From: an uncultured Verrucomicrobiae bacterium
Lineage (GTDB): Bacteria > Verrucomicrobiota > Verrucomicrobiia > Limisphaerales > Palsa-1400
Assembly (NCBI GenBank): GCA_963707025.1
Contig: CAVPOM010000012.1
Location: forward strand, 431,187-495,186
Direction: 5' to 3'
DNA length: 64,000 nt
A program made the position numbers and the translations under genes. Below, one piece after another: positions 11,653 to 21,756 of the stretch. The notes under the pieces were generated by a model. That model was not told the DNA's origin. It saw only the letters and a list, made by a program, of their open reading frames with translations, and ran no database searches. Positions within the stretch are counted from its first letter, which is position 1. Every line of letters starts with the position of its first letter.

Positions 11653-14600
11653 ATGAAAACAGGAAAAACACTTTCGCACGCAACCGACCTTCTCCGGACA
11701 CGGTGGCCTCGGCCCATTATCATCGGCGCCACACTGCTGCTGGGCCTTTGGGCGCCAACGCAAGTCCGCGCCCAAACCAGCGTCAATACCAAATTGACCG
11801 CGAGTGTGAGCGGCGGCCAGGTTCAATTGCGACTGCAAGGTCAGGCCAACCAAACCTATCTCGTTCAGGTCTCCTCGGACTTGAAAAACTGGACGACTGT
11901 CGCCAGAGGGCAGACGGCAGGCGATGGCAGCATGACCGTTACGGACACGTGGGCCACGCGTGTTCAAGGGCGATATTACCGCTCCGTGCTGTTGGGTTTC
12001 CCGACCGGCAATGCGTCGGCGAGCCTGTACCGGCCGGATCGAATCCTGGTCAAACCCAAAGCGGGCGTGAATTTGGGCGGGCTGAACCTGACCCTGGGTG
12101 TGAATATGTTGCAGGAATTCCCTGCCATCGGACATTTGCAAGTTCTACAAGTGCCGCCCGGCAAGACGGCGGATCTGCTCATCGCCTCTTTTCAAGCCAG
12201 CGGTCAGGTTCAATACGCCGAACACGATTACATCGTGCATGCGCTGGTGACGCCCAACGATTTTTATTACAACGACGATGACACGCTTTGGGGATTGCAC
12301 AACGACGGTTCAAACGGCGGCCTCACCAATGCCGATATCCACGCACCGGAAGCCTGGGACATTCAGAACACTGCCAGCAACGTGACCGTGGCCGTCATTG
12401 ATACGGGCGTGCGCTACACCCACGAAGACCTGGCCTCCAACATGTGGGTCAATCCCAACGATGGCAGTCACGGCCTCAATACCGTGACCAACGGCAATGC
12501 CGCCAACGACCCCAACGACGATTACGGTCACGGCTCACACGTGGCTGGCATCCTTGGCGCCGTGGGCGACAATTTCGTCGGCGTGGTCGGAGTGGCCTGG
12601 AGTGTGCCGATCATGGCCTGCTGTTTCCTGGATTCCACCGGCAACGGCACCATTTCCGACGCCATCGCCTGCATGGACTACGCCCGCACCAACGGCGCGG
12701 AAATTGTCAACGCCAGTTGGGGCACCACCAATTTCGATTCGCAGGCCCTGTATGATGCCATTGATAATTTGCGCCAGGCCGGAATTATTTTTGTGGCGGC
12801 CGCCGGCAATTCGTCCTACGACAACGATATGACCCCCATTTATCCCGCTAGCTACAACCTGGACAATATTATCGCCGTGGCCGCCACAACGCGCAGCGAT
12901 CAATTGGCCAGCTTTTCGGATTACGGACCGACCAACGTGGCCCTCGGCGCGCCCGGCGTGGACATTGAGTCGTGCTGGAACGGGTCCGACCACGATTACG
13001 AAAGCCAATCCGGAACGTCCATGGCCGCCGCCTATGTTTCGGGTGCGTGCGCCATCTTGCGCGCGCATTTTCCCAACGAGGATTATCACCAGATCATCAG
13101 CCAAATTTTAACCAACGTCGATCAGGTGCCCAGCCTGCAAGGCCAATGCCGCAGCGGCGGTCGCCTGAATCTGTACAGAGCGCTGACGTCCGGCTCTCCG
13201 GCGCATCCTCCCTTGGCGGCCAATTTCACGGCCAGTCCAACCAACGGCCAGGCGCCGTTAGCCGTCCAATTCACCGACACGTCCACCGGCAGCCCGACGG
13301 CGTGGGATTGGAATTTTGGCGACGGCTCGACGGACAGCACAACGGAGAATCCGTCGCACATTTACACCAATGCGGGAACTTTCACGGTGACCTTGACCGT
13401 GACCGGCAGCGGCGGCGCGACCAGCAGCGCGAGTGGAACGATTACGGCCACCAACACGAGTCCGCCGCCTCCGCCTCCCTTGGCGGCCAGTTTCACGGCC
13501 AGTCCAACCAACGGCCAGGCGCCATTAACCGTCCAATTCACCGACACGTCCATCGGCAGCCCGACGGCGTGGGATTGGAATTTTGGCGACGGCTCGACGG
13601 ACGGCACAACGGAGAATCCGTCGCACATTTACACCAATGCGGGAACTTTCACGGTGACCTTGACCGTGACCGGCAGCGGCGGCGCGACCAGTAGCACGAG
13701 TGGAACGATTACGGCCACCAACGCCAGTCCGCCGCCTCCTCCACCCTTGGCGGCCAATTTCACGGCCAGTCCGACCAACGGCCAGGCGCCGTTAGCCGTC
13801 CAATTCACCGACATGTCCACCGGCAGCCCGACGGCGTGGGATTGGAATTTTGGCGACGGCTCGACGGACAGTACAACGGGGAATCCGTCACATACCTTCA
13901 CGAGCGCGGGCAATTTCACCGTGACTTTGACCGTGAGCGGCAGCGCTGGGCAAACCAGCAGTGGCAGTCAATCCATCACCGTCACAAACCCACCGGCAGC
14001 AGTAACGGCGCAATTCTCGGCGAACCCGGCTTCGGGCCAGGCGCCTTTGGCGGTGCAGTTCACCGATCAATCCACCGGACCGGTGACGGCCTGGAAGTGG
14101 AACTTCGGCGACGGCTCGACCAGTTCGGCGCAAAATCCGTCGCACACTTACAGCAGCGCGGGATCGTTCACCGCCATGTTGACCGTGAGCGGCAGCGCTG
14201 GGCAAACCAGCAGTGGCAGTCAATCCATCACCGTCACAAACCCACCGGCAGCCGTGACGGCTCAATTCTCGGCGAACCCGACTTCGGGCCAGGCGCCTTT
14301 GGCGGTGCAATTCACCGATCAATCCACCGGACCGGTGACGGCCTGGAAGTGGAGCTTCGGCGACGGCTCGACCAGTTCGGCGCAAAATCCGTCGCACACT
14401 TACAGCAGCGCGGGATCGTTCACCGCCATGTTGACCGTGAGCGGCAGCAGCCAACAGATTAGCAGCGCAAGTCAGACCATTACGGTCACCAATGCGCCAC
14501 CGCCACCCATTGTGGTGACCGTGGTTACCTCGCAATCGTTGGCCACGACTTTGACCCCTGGAGCGTTCACCCTGACGCGCACCGGGAGCACCAGTTCGCC

Positions 14601-14829
14601 TCTGACAATCAACTATGGTCTTGGCGGCACGGCGGTGAATGGAGTTAATTACGAGTCGTTGAGTGGTTCGGCGGTGATTCCTGCTGGCTCGTCCTCCGTC
14701 ACGGTGCTGGTCGAGCCCATAGGGCTGCTGGACTTGTTGAGGACCGTCGTGCTGACCGTTTCGCCCGGCCAGGCTTACGCTGTGGGGTCGCCCGGTTCAG
14801 CCACGGTGACCATTGTGGTCTCCTTTTAA
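11653..14829 (+). CDS. Secreted S8 (subtilisin-like) serine peptidase with 5 PKD domains and a C-terminal Calx-beta-like domain
   Basis: Signal-peptide-like N-terminus; catalytic triad motifs VAVIDTG, HGSHVAG, GTSMA; oxyanion AAAGN; five W(N/S)FGDG PKD repeats. Confidence 0.93.
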   Translation: MKTGKTLSHATDLLRTRWPRPIIIGATLLLGLWAPTQVRAQTSVNTKLTASVSGGQVQLRLQGQANQTYLVQVSSDLKNWTTVARGQTAGDGSMTVTDTWATRVQGRYYRSVLLGFPTGNASASLYRPDRILVKPKAGVNLGGLNLTLGVNMLQEFPAIGHLQVLQVPPGKTADLLIASFQASGQVQYAEHDYIVHALVTPNDFYYNDDDTLWGLHNDGSNGGLTNADIHAPEAWDIQNTASNVTVAVIDTGVRYTHEDLASNMWVNPNDGSHGLNTVTNGNAANDPNDDYGHGSHVAGILGAVGDNFVGVVGVAWSVPIMACCFLDSTGNGTISDAIACMDYARTNGAEIVNASWGTTNFDSQALYDAIDNLRQAGIIFVAAAGNSSYDNDMTPIYPASYNLDNIIAVAATTRSDQLASFSDYGPTNVALGAPGVDIESCWNGSDHDYESQSGTSMAAAYVSGACAILRAHFPNEDYHQIISQILTNVDQVPSLQGQCRSGGRLNLYRALTSGSPAHPPLAANFTASPTNGQAPLAVQFTDTSTGSPTAWDWNFGDGSTDSTTENPSHIYTNAGTFTVTLTVTGSGGATSSASGTITATNTSPPPPPPLAASFTASPTNGQAPLTVQFTDTSIGSPTAWDWNFGDGSTDGTTENPSHIYTNAGTFTVTLTVTGSGGATSSTSGTITATNASPPPPPPLAANFTASPTNGQAPLAVQFTDMSTGSPTAWDWNFGDGSTDSTTGNPSHTFTSAGNFTVTLTVSGSAGQTSSGSQSITVTNPPAAVTAQFSANPASGQAPLAVQFTDQSTGPVTAWKWNFGDGSTSSAQNPSHTYSSAGSFTAMLTVSGSAGQTSSGSQSITVTNPPAAVTAQFSANPTSGQAPLAVQFTDQSTGPVTAWKWSFGDGSTSSAQNPSHTYSSAGSFTAMLTVSGSSQQISSASQTITVTNAPPPPIVVTVVTSQSLATTLTPGAFTLTRTGSTSSPLTINYGLGGTAVNGVNYESLSGSAVIPAGSSSVTVLVEPIGLLDLLRTVVLTVSPGQAYAVGSPGSATVTIVVSF
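13210..13935 (+). repeat. 267-bp intragenic tandem repeat (PKD type 1), 2 full copies plus a partial third
   Basis: CCCTTGGCGGCCA recurs at 13210, 13477, 13744 with near-identical sequence between. Confidence 0.95.
13927..14448 (+). repeat. 252-bp intragenic tandem repeat (PKD type 2), 2 copies
   Basis: TTGACCGTGAGCGGCAGC recurs at 13927, 14179, 14431. Confidence 0.95.
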
Positions 14830-14914
14830 CTGGGGGAGGAAACCAGGAATGAGAAGGTTTTGGACGATGACAACGGCCGCTCCTGACATCCAGGTGACGC
14901 GGGGCCAAATAACC

Positions 14915-14978
14915 GGTGTTCAACCCACCGGTTTTAGGGTGTTCACCCACTTTCCAACGGCGGGAGGCGTTCTATGCA
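14915..14978 (+). promoter_or_regulatory. Tandem boxes plus -10-like hexamer upstream of the sensor kinase
   Basis: GGTGTTCAACCCAC (14915) and GGTGTTCACCCAC (14938); TATGCA at 14973. Confidence 0.55.
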
Positions 14979-14989
14979 GAAAATAAATT

Positions 14990-17362
14990 GTGTTTGTGAA
15001 AAAGGAGATACGCGTTCTATGTGTGGAAGACACGCCGGCTGACGTGGTGATGCTGAATCGTGCCTTGCGCCGAGGCGGCTTCAATTTTCGCTTGAAGCGG
15101 GTCGAAACCAAAGAGGTGTTTCTCGATGAATTGGAGCATCAACCGCCGGATTTGATCCTGTCCGATCACGGTTTGCCCACTTTTGACGGCTTCACGGCGC
15201 TGGAGATAGCGCGCCAAAGATGCCCAGACATTCCCTTCATTTTTGTCGCCGGCGCGCTGGGCGAGGAGAAGACGATCGAGACCTTTGAACGCGGCGCCAC
15301 GGGTTACATCCTCAAAAAGGATCTTTCCAAACTTGTGCCGGCGGTCGAGCGCGCCTTGCAGGCGGCCGAGGAGCGGAAGGCGCTCAAACTTAAAGAGCAG
15401 CAATTGCGCGAAAGCGAGGAGCGCTACCGCCGGTTGATTGAATTCTGCCCGGATGCCTTCCTGGTCGAATGCGACCGGCACATTTTGTTTGCCAACATGG
15501 CCGCCGCCCGTTTGTTCGGCGTCGAAAACGCCGAACAACTCGTCGGCCAACCGATCCAGAACGTCGTCCACCCGGATTCCTGGCAAGTGCTTGAACAACA
15601 GATGGCCCGCCTGCGCGAAAATGGCACCACCTTCTTCTGGAGAAGAATTGCCAGGGGCAACGTCCAAAGCCTCGGTAATCAGGGCACCATTGTCCCGTTC
15701 ATGGAGGCCAGATTCATCCGCCAGGACGGCTCGGTGGTGGAGGTGGAAGTGGCGGCCACGCCCATGACCCTGCGCCAGCGCCAGGCCGTTCAAATCATGG
15801 TCCGCAACATCACCGAGCGCAAAGAAACCGTGGAAAAATTGCGCCGCAGCGAGAGCATAAAAGCACTCATTCTGGAAACCGCGCTCGACGCCATTTTATT
15901 CATTGACTCCGAAGGGAGAGTCCAGGAATGGAACTCCGCCGCGCAGAAAATGTTCGGTTACAGTCGTGACCAGGCCGTGGGACAATTGATGGATGAATTG
16001 ATCATTCCGCCCGCGCTGCGGGAAGTCCATCACGACGGCTTGACCAATTACCTGATGACCGGCGCGGGCAGCTTGATTGGGCGGCCCATCGAATTGACGC
16101 TTCGTCGCAAGGACGGCCGCGAATTCCGCGCGGAAATCGGCATCAGCCGCATTTTGACGGAAGATTCCACGCACTGCACCGTGCTCATCCGCGACATCAC
16201 CGAACGCAAGCAGGCCGAGGCCTCCTTGCGCGAAAGTGAGGAACGGTCCCGTTTGCTCTTGGAAAACGTGAAGGACTATGCCATCTACATGCTCGACTCA
16301 CAAGGCAACGTCGTGACCTGGAACGCGGGGGCGGAGCAGGTCGAAGGTTTTCGGGCCGGGGAAATTATCGGAAAACATCTCTCCGCATTTTTCACTCCGG
16401 ACGACGTGGCGCGCGGCGTGCCGCAGGAGGCGTTGCAACGCGCGGAACGCGAAGGCCGGGTTCTTAGCGAAGGCTGGCGCGTGCGCAAGGACGGCTCGCG
16501 CTTTTGGTTGCAGGGCGTCATCACCGCCTTGTACGATGAAGCGGGTCATCTGCAGGGTTTTTCCAAGATCGCCCACAACGTCACCAAAGAGAAGGAAGCG
16601 GAGGAAAAAATCCGTCAGATCAACGAGGAGTTGGAACAGCGCGTCCGCCACCGCACGGCGCAACTGGAAGCCGCCAACAGGGAACTGGAGGCCTTCAGCT
16701 ATTCGATTTCGCACGATTTGCGCGCGCCCTTGCGCCACATCACCCGCCACGTGGAAATCCTGCAAAACGAACTGGCGGCCAGCTTGGACGAAACCCGCCG
16801 CCAATACCTCCAAACCATTGCCGATTCGGCCAAAAATCTCGGCAACTTGATCAACGCCCTGCTGGCCTTCTCTCGCATGGGCCGCTCGGAAATGCGCGTG
16901 CAACGCGTGAATCTGGCCGCCCTGGTCGAGGAGGCGCGCCAGGAGTTGCGCCACGACCTGGAGGGCCGCGACATTGACTGGCAAATCGGCCCTTTGCCCG
17001 AAGCGCAAGGCGATCCGCTCATGCTCAGGCAGGTCATCGTCAATCTTATTTCCAACGCCTTGAAATACACCCGCCCGCGCGCGCAGGCCAAAATCGAAAT
17101 CGGCGCCACCGATTCCGAAAACGAGATTGTATTCTTCATCCGCGATAACGGGGTCGGCTTCGAAATGGAATACATGGACAAATTATTCGGTCTTTTTCAG
17201 CGGCTGCATCCGGCCAACGAATTCGAAGGCATCGGCATCGGGCTGGCCAATGTGCGGCGCATCGTCCACCGGCATGGTGGACGCACTGGCGCCGTGGGCA
17301 AAGTGAACGACGGCGCGACTTTCTATTTCTCGATTCCAAAAATTCCAAAGGAGGGAACATGA
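14990..17362 (+). CDS. Hybrid sensor histidine kinase REC-PAS-PAS-PAS-HisKA-HATPase
   Basis: REC (LCVED, ILSDH), three PAS/PAC segments ending (D/N)(I/V)TE/K, H-box SHDLRAPL, NLISNALKY, DNGVG, GIGIGLA. Confidence 0.93.
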   Translation: MFVKKEIRVLCVEDTPADVVMLNRALRRGGFNFRLKRVETKEVFLDELEHQPPDLILSDHGLPTFDGFTALEIARQRCPDIPFIFVAGALGEEKTIETFERGATGYILKKDLSKLVPAVERALQAAEERKALKLKEQQLRESEERYRRLIEFCPDAFLVECDRHILFANMAAARLFGVENAEQLVGQPIQNVVHPDSWQVLEQQMARLRENGTTFFWRRIARGNVQSLGNQGTIVPFMEARFIRQDGSVVEVEVAATPMTLRQRQAVQIMVRNITERKETVEKLRRSESIKALILETALDAILFIDSEGRVQEWNSAAQKMFGYSRDQAVGQLMDELIIPPALREVHHDGLTNYLMTGAGSLIGRPIELTLRRKDGREFRAEIGISRILTEDSTHCTVLIRDITERKQAEASLRESEERSRLLLENVKDYAIYMLDSQGNVVTWNAGAEQVEGFRAGEIIGKHLSAFFTPDDVARGVPQEALQRAEREGRVLSEGWRVRKDGSRFWLQGVITALYDEAGHLQGFSKIAHNVTKEKEAEEKIRQINEELEQRVRHRTAQLEAANRELEAFSYSISHDLRAPLRHITRHVEILQNELAASLDETRRQYLQTIADSAKNLGNLINALLAFSRMGRSEMRVQRVNLAALVEEARQELRHDLEGRDIDWQIGPLPEAQGDPLMLRQVIVNLISNALKYTRPRAQAKIEIGATDSENEIVFFIRDNGVGFEMEYMDKLFGLFQRLHPANEFEGIGIGLANVRRIVHRHGGRTGAVGKVNDGATFYFSIPKIPKEGT

Positions 17363-17859
17363 CCGAAGGCAGATGGATTTTGCTGGCTGAAGACAACGCC
17401 AATGACGCCGATTTGGCCCTGCGCGCTCTGGCGGCTCACCAAGTGCCCAGCAGCGTCGTTCTGGTGGCCGATGGCGTGGAGGCGCTCGATTGCCTCTATC
17501 GGCGCGGCGCGTTTCGAGGCCATGATCCCGGTCTGCCGGCGGTGGTGCTGCTGGGTTTGAAGATGCCTAAAGTGGACGGCTTGGAAGTGTTGCGACAAAT
17601 CAAGAACGACGCCGCGCTGAAGCACATTCCAGTCGTCGTCTTCACTTCTTCCCGAGAAGGAGCGGATCTCACCCGGACTTACCAATTGGGCGTCAACTCC
17701 TATGTCGTCAAGCCGCTCGGCTTTCAGGAATTTGTGGCTACGCTCAAGGACGTGAGAAGTTTCTGGCTCACCATTAGCGAGTTGCCGCCGGTGGCATCAA
17801 CACCCGGCACGGGTCCGCCGGTCCAACTCGCGCAACCGGAACCGGCCCAGGCCGTTTGA
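17359..17859 (+). CDS. Single-domain response regulator (Rcp1-like), phosphoacceptor Asp replaced by Gly
   Basis: ILLAEDN, VVLLGLKMPKVDG, VVVFTSS, NSYVVKP; ATGA overlap with the kinase stop. Confidence 0.88.
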   Translation: MTEGRWILLAEDNANDADLALRALAAHQVPSSVVLVADGVEALDCLYRRGAFRGHDPGLPAVVLLGLKMPKVDGLEVLRQIKNDAALKHIPVVVFTSSREGADLTRTYQLGVNSYVVKPLGFQEFVATLKDVRSFWLTISELPPVASTPGTGPPVQLAQPEPAQAV

Positions 17860-17864
17860 ACTTA

Positions 17865-18445
17865 TTGAAAAATGAAATTCGCATCCTCCTGCTTGAGGAC
17901 AGCGCGACCGATGCCGACCTTATCCGGCACGCGCTGCGCCTGGGCGGTTTTGTCTTTTCCTGGGCCCAAGTGGACAACAAAACCGACTTCATCCGGTAAT
18001 TGGGCCAATTCGCGCCGGATTTGATCCTGGCCGATTTTTCCTTGCCCTCGCTGGACGGTTACACGGGGCCGGACCTGGCCCGGGAAGAATGTTCCGACGT
18101 GCCCTTCATTTTCGTCACCGGCACCCTGGGCGAGGAAGTGGCGATTGAAACGCTCAAGAAGGGCGCGACCGATTACGTGCTCAAGCATCGCCTCTCGCGC
18201 CTGGTGCCCCCCGTGCAGCGCGCCCTGCGCGAAGCGGAGGGCAGGGGGTGCGCAGACTCGCCGAGGAACAACTGCGGGAATCGCACGCCCAACTCCACCA
18301 AAGTCGCGGCGCGCTTGTTCGAGGCGGCCGAACATTTCATTCTGGAAGTCAAGGACAACGGGCGCGGCATTTCCCAAAGTGAGACGCTGAACACCAAATC
18401 CATCGGGTTGATTGGCATGCGCGAACGGGCCTCCTTGCTGGGGGC
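17865..18445 (+). pseudogene. Degenerate REC plus NarX-like kinase remnant
   Basis: Frame from TTG 17865 reads KNEIRILLLEDS..., has an in-frame TAA at 17997, resumes LILADFSLP...DYVLK, then jumps directly to a HATPase tail (EVKDNGRGI...GLIGMRERA). Confidence 0.8.
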
Positions 18446-18477
18446 GAAGTGCGCTGGCGCGGTGATGCGGGCAAGGC

Positions 18478-18622
18478 CACCACCGTCAGCCAGATCGCGA
18501 GGGAACTTTCCTTGAGCGTCAAAACGATCAGCACCTATCGCGCCCGTCTGCTGCAAAAGATGGACCTGAAAAACAACGCCGAACTGACGCACTACGCCAT
18601 GCAAAATGAACTGGTGGATTGA
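18478..18622 (+). pseudogene. LuxR/NarL HTH C-terminal remnant
   Basis: Translates TVSQIARELSLSVKTISTYRARLLQKMDLKNNAELTHYAMQNELVD*; no receiver domain or start upstream. Confidence 0.8.
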
Positions 18623-18692
18623 TTCGGGTCCGAACCCGCGCCGCACCCACCCAGCTGACAGTTGATCATCCGGGCCCTGAACGCGCCGGCCC

Positions 18693-18900
18693 TTACGGAC
18701 TGACACTGCTTTTGATGATCCCTCGGGAAATGGCGGAACGCGTCAGACCGGCCGTGTGGTGAATGTTGAGCTTGTTCATCACCTCCTGGCCGTGTTTCTC
18801 CACCGTCTTGACGCTAATGCACAGTTCGGCAGAAATCTGTTTGTTGACCTTGCCTTCGGCCACCAGTTGCAACACTTCCGCCTCGCGGGAAGTCAGCCGC
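18693..18900 (-). pseudogene. Second LuxR/NarL HTH, isolated and probably a remnant
   Basis: LTSREAEVLQLVAEGKVNKQISAELCISVKTVEKH...; no recognisable receiver upstream. Confidence 0.72.
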
Positions 18901-19283
18901 TCCCTCTGTGTCCCGGCTGGAACTCCATTCCAGAACGCCTAGGACCGTGGGTGTCGGACAGAATCGGACAAGCAGACAGGCGGAACACTGACGGAAAAAT
19001 CAGACGGCCAAGACATGGCTGCACTGGAGTGAATGGGCCATGCTGGTAACGCATGAGAAGGATTGCTGAGCAAATCGCGGGCCGCACCGCTGGCCAGGCG
19101 CTCTGTCACAAGACAGCGCGTCCGACTGGGCGCCTGCCACAAAAAAGGGCAACCGCCAGGTTCTCAATCGCACTGGAAAAGGAAATCTTCCTGGGAAAAT
19201 CAACTGGCCTAAGAATTAGCTGCCAATTTGCTCAAGGAATCTCATGAACCGGGTCCACAAACAGATTGGGACCTTCCTCTTGC

Positions 19284-19338
19284 TGGCGGAGCAAGCAACC
19301 GCCTCTCCTGACGTGACATCGGTCAGGCTCAAAGGGTT
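19284..19338 (+). promoter_or_regulatory. 55-nt double-hairpin or inverted-repeat leader element, copy 1
   Basis: GGCGG-AGCAAGCAA-CCGCC then CCTGAC-N9-GTCAGG; identical to 21658..21712 amid diverged flanks. Confidence 0.4.
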
Positions 19339-19382
19339 GGCCATAACGAACCGGACAGTCACACCGAAAACGTAGATTAGAA

Positions 19383-21186
19383 ATGAATTCCATCAAGCAT
19401 CAAACGCTGGCGTGCCGGTGTCTCTTTACCTCCTGGCTCCTCTTGACCTTGGCCTGCCTTTGGTCGCCTTCGGCTCAAGCGACGGAATATTATGTGTCCA
19501 CCCAGGGCAGCGATTCGAATCCGGGAACGGCGGCGCAGCCGTTCCAGACCGTAACGCATGCCTACAGCCTGGCCGGTCCGGGTACCACCATCATTGTTCT
19601 GCCCGGGGTCTATACCGACTACACCAGCGGCTGGGGACTGCATTTGGGCGCCAGCGGGACGGCCGCCAACCCCATCGTGCTGGTCTCGCAAGTCCGCGGC
19701 GCAGCCATTATTGATGGCCAGAACGCTTCGGATCGCAACCTGGCCATCTATCTGGACGGCAGTTACAATGTGGTGCAGGGCTTTGGCATCCGCAACGGCC
19801 CCAACGGCGGCATCTCCATCTGGGGCAACGGCAATCAAATCCTGGACAACGAAATTTATAACAACGGCAACCCGGCCAGCACCAGCAGCAACGGCCGGGA
19901 TGGGGTCTATTCCGACCAGACCACCAGCGCCAACGTGTATGCGGGCAACTTGGTTCACGACAACGGGCGGCCGGGCAGCAATCTCGATCACGGTTTGTAT
20001 CTGTGCGGCCAGAACGAGTTGGTCATCAACAACGTCCTGCTGCGCAATGCCGCCTGCGGCCTGCAGATCGCCGGCTACACCACGGTGGTCAATCTGCGGG
20101 TGTATAACAACGTCATCGCCTGGAACGGCCATGACGGCATCATCCTCTGGCAGGCGCTGAGCGGGGTGGACATCCAGAACAATGTCCTTTACCAAAACGG
20201 CGAATACGGGCTGGGCTCTTATGCGGCCACGGGCAGCGGGGTGGTGGTTGATCACAATCTCTGCTTTGGCAACGGCTCCGGGGACTACGATTTCACCGCC
20301 GGAGGCTCCACTTACAGCTACACCCTGGGCACGGCGCTCTCAGCCGACCCGCTCTTCGTCAATGAGAACCTCGTCCGGGTTCGACGCGCACTTGGGCGCC
20401 GGCTCCCCGGCCATCGGTGCCGGACTCAATTTTTACACGACCTTTACCACCGACCTGGCCGGGGCGGCGCGGCCAGCCTCCGGCCCGTGGGGCCTGGGCG
20501 CCTATGTCTATGGCGGGGGCGCGACGACGCCACCCGCCGCTTCCATGAGCACGCCGGCCAACGACGCGACGGTGTCGGGTTCCATCACCGTCTCCGCCAC
20601 CGCCTCGGACCAAGTTGGCGTGGCCAGTGTTCAATTCCTGCTGGATGGCGCGAACCTTGACGCCGCGCTGACCGCCGCCCCGTTTGCCATCACATGGGAT
20701 TCAACCACGGTGGCCGACGGCTCGCATACGCTGACCGCGCTGGCCACCGACGCCTCCGGCAACCAAGCCACGGCCGCGCCGGTCAACATTCTGGTCAGCA
20801 ACACCGTCTCCTCGCTTGGCTTGCCGACGGTGGCGGTGGTGGCTAACCCAGCCACGGCCGTGATCGGCACGGCCAACGACGCGGTGTTGACGTTCGTGCG
20901 GACGGGGGACACCACGCAGCCGTTGACGGTGAATTTCGCCCTCGGTGGCACGGCGGCCCAAGGGACCGACTACCACACGACTAGCGGCGACATGCCAGTG
21001 TCTGTGACCATTCCCGCCGGCTACAGCCAGGCCAATCTGACCATTGTGGGCGTGAGCAATTCCACCGGCGCAAATCCAGAAACGGCCACGTTTACACTGA
21101 CGCCCAGCGCAGCCTACACCATCGGCTCGCCAGACAGCGCGACCATTACGATTGTCAAGCAGGCAGTTCGTAAGAGAAAACATTGA
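19383..21186 (+). CDS. Secreted right-handed beta-helix protein with Ig-like and Calx-beta-like domains, copy 1 (frameshift near 20368)
   Basis: Signal peptide, YYVSTQGSDSNPGT..PFQT start, Asn-rich beta-helix repeats. An extra A relative to copy 2 (GAGAACC vs GAGACC) splits ORFs 19383..20660 and 20182..21186. Confidence 0.85.
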
Positions 21187-21215
21187 GGCCGGGACGACCC
21201 TCAAGCGCAATGGCT

Positions 21216-21243
21216 GGCGGGGCTATTCTCAGATAGCCCTGTC
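21216..21243 (+). other. Stem-loop after beta-helix copy 1
   Basis: GGCGGGGCTAT-TCTCAG-ATAGCCCTGTC, 11-bp stem with G-U pairs; no U-tract. Confidence 0.35.
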
Positions 21244-21657
21244 GCCTCATCAGCACGGACCGGCCTCGGGTCCAATGGCCCGCCACATCCATCGAGGCTT
21301 GGGTAATCCAAATACTAGCGTAGTGTAACAGCCTCAGGCTTACAATCGCCCCGGCCTTCTTGCCCAGCGTACGCCAATTCAACGCTGGAGGGCATTGTAA
21401 AGACATCTCTGTTACACATCACTAGCATCAGGGGCATCCCTAGACCCAATCCTGGACCGCGGCTCCAGCCAGGCCCCGTGTCGCAAATCCGGGCGTCCGA
21501 CCATGCGCCTGTCGCAAAAGGGGGCAACCAGGAGGTCCTTGATCGTGATGGAGAAAAGAAGCCTCCGGGGAAAATCAATCGGACTAAGAAGTGGCCAGCG
21601 ATTTGCTTAAGAGAGTCATGAAGCGGATCGACACGTGGCTGGGGATCCCCCTCTCGT

Positions 21658-21712
21658 TGGCGGAGCAAGCAACCGCCTCTCCTGACGTGACATCGGTCAG
21701 GCTCAAAGGGTT
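21658..21712 (+). promoter_or_regulatory. 55-nt double-hairpin or inverted-repeat leader element, copy 2
   Basis: Identical to 19284..19338. Confidence 0.4.
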
Positions 21713-21756
21713 CACCATAACGAACCCGACAGTCACGCCAAAAACTCAATTAGATA

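Noticed and set aside
11406..11792. 128-aa minus ORF in the divergent promoter region
   Set aside because: Overlaps the protease start and the promoter motifs; no protein-like features.
13210..14448. Repeats as a CRISPR array
   Set aside because: Units are 252-267 bp, in frame and coding, with no unique spacers; no cas genes seen.
14911..14935. AACCGGTG/CACCGGTT hairpin as terminator of the protease gene
   Set aside because: Short U-tract, and it overlaps the tandem promoter boxes that explain the sequence better.
19204..19221. Sigma-54 promoter (TGGCCT...TTAGC)
   Set aside because: GG to GC spacing is 11 rather than the required 10.
19100..21520. Recurring TGTCAC/TGTCGC/TGACA words in intergenic DNA
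   Set aside because: Too short and irregularly spaced to support a binding site without statistics; partly explained by the duplication.
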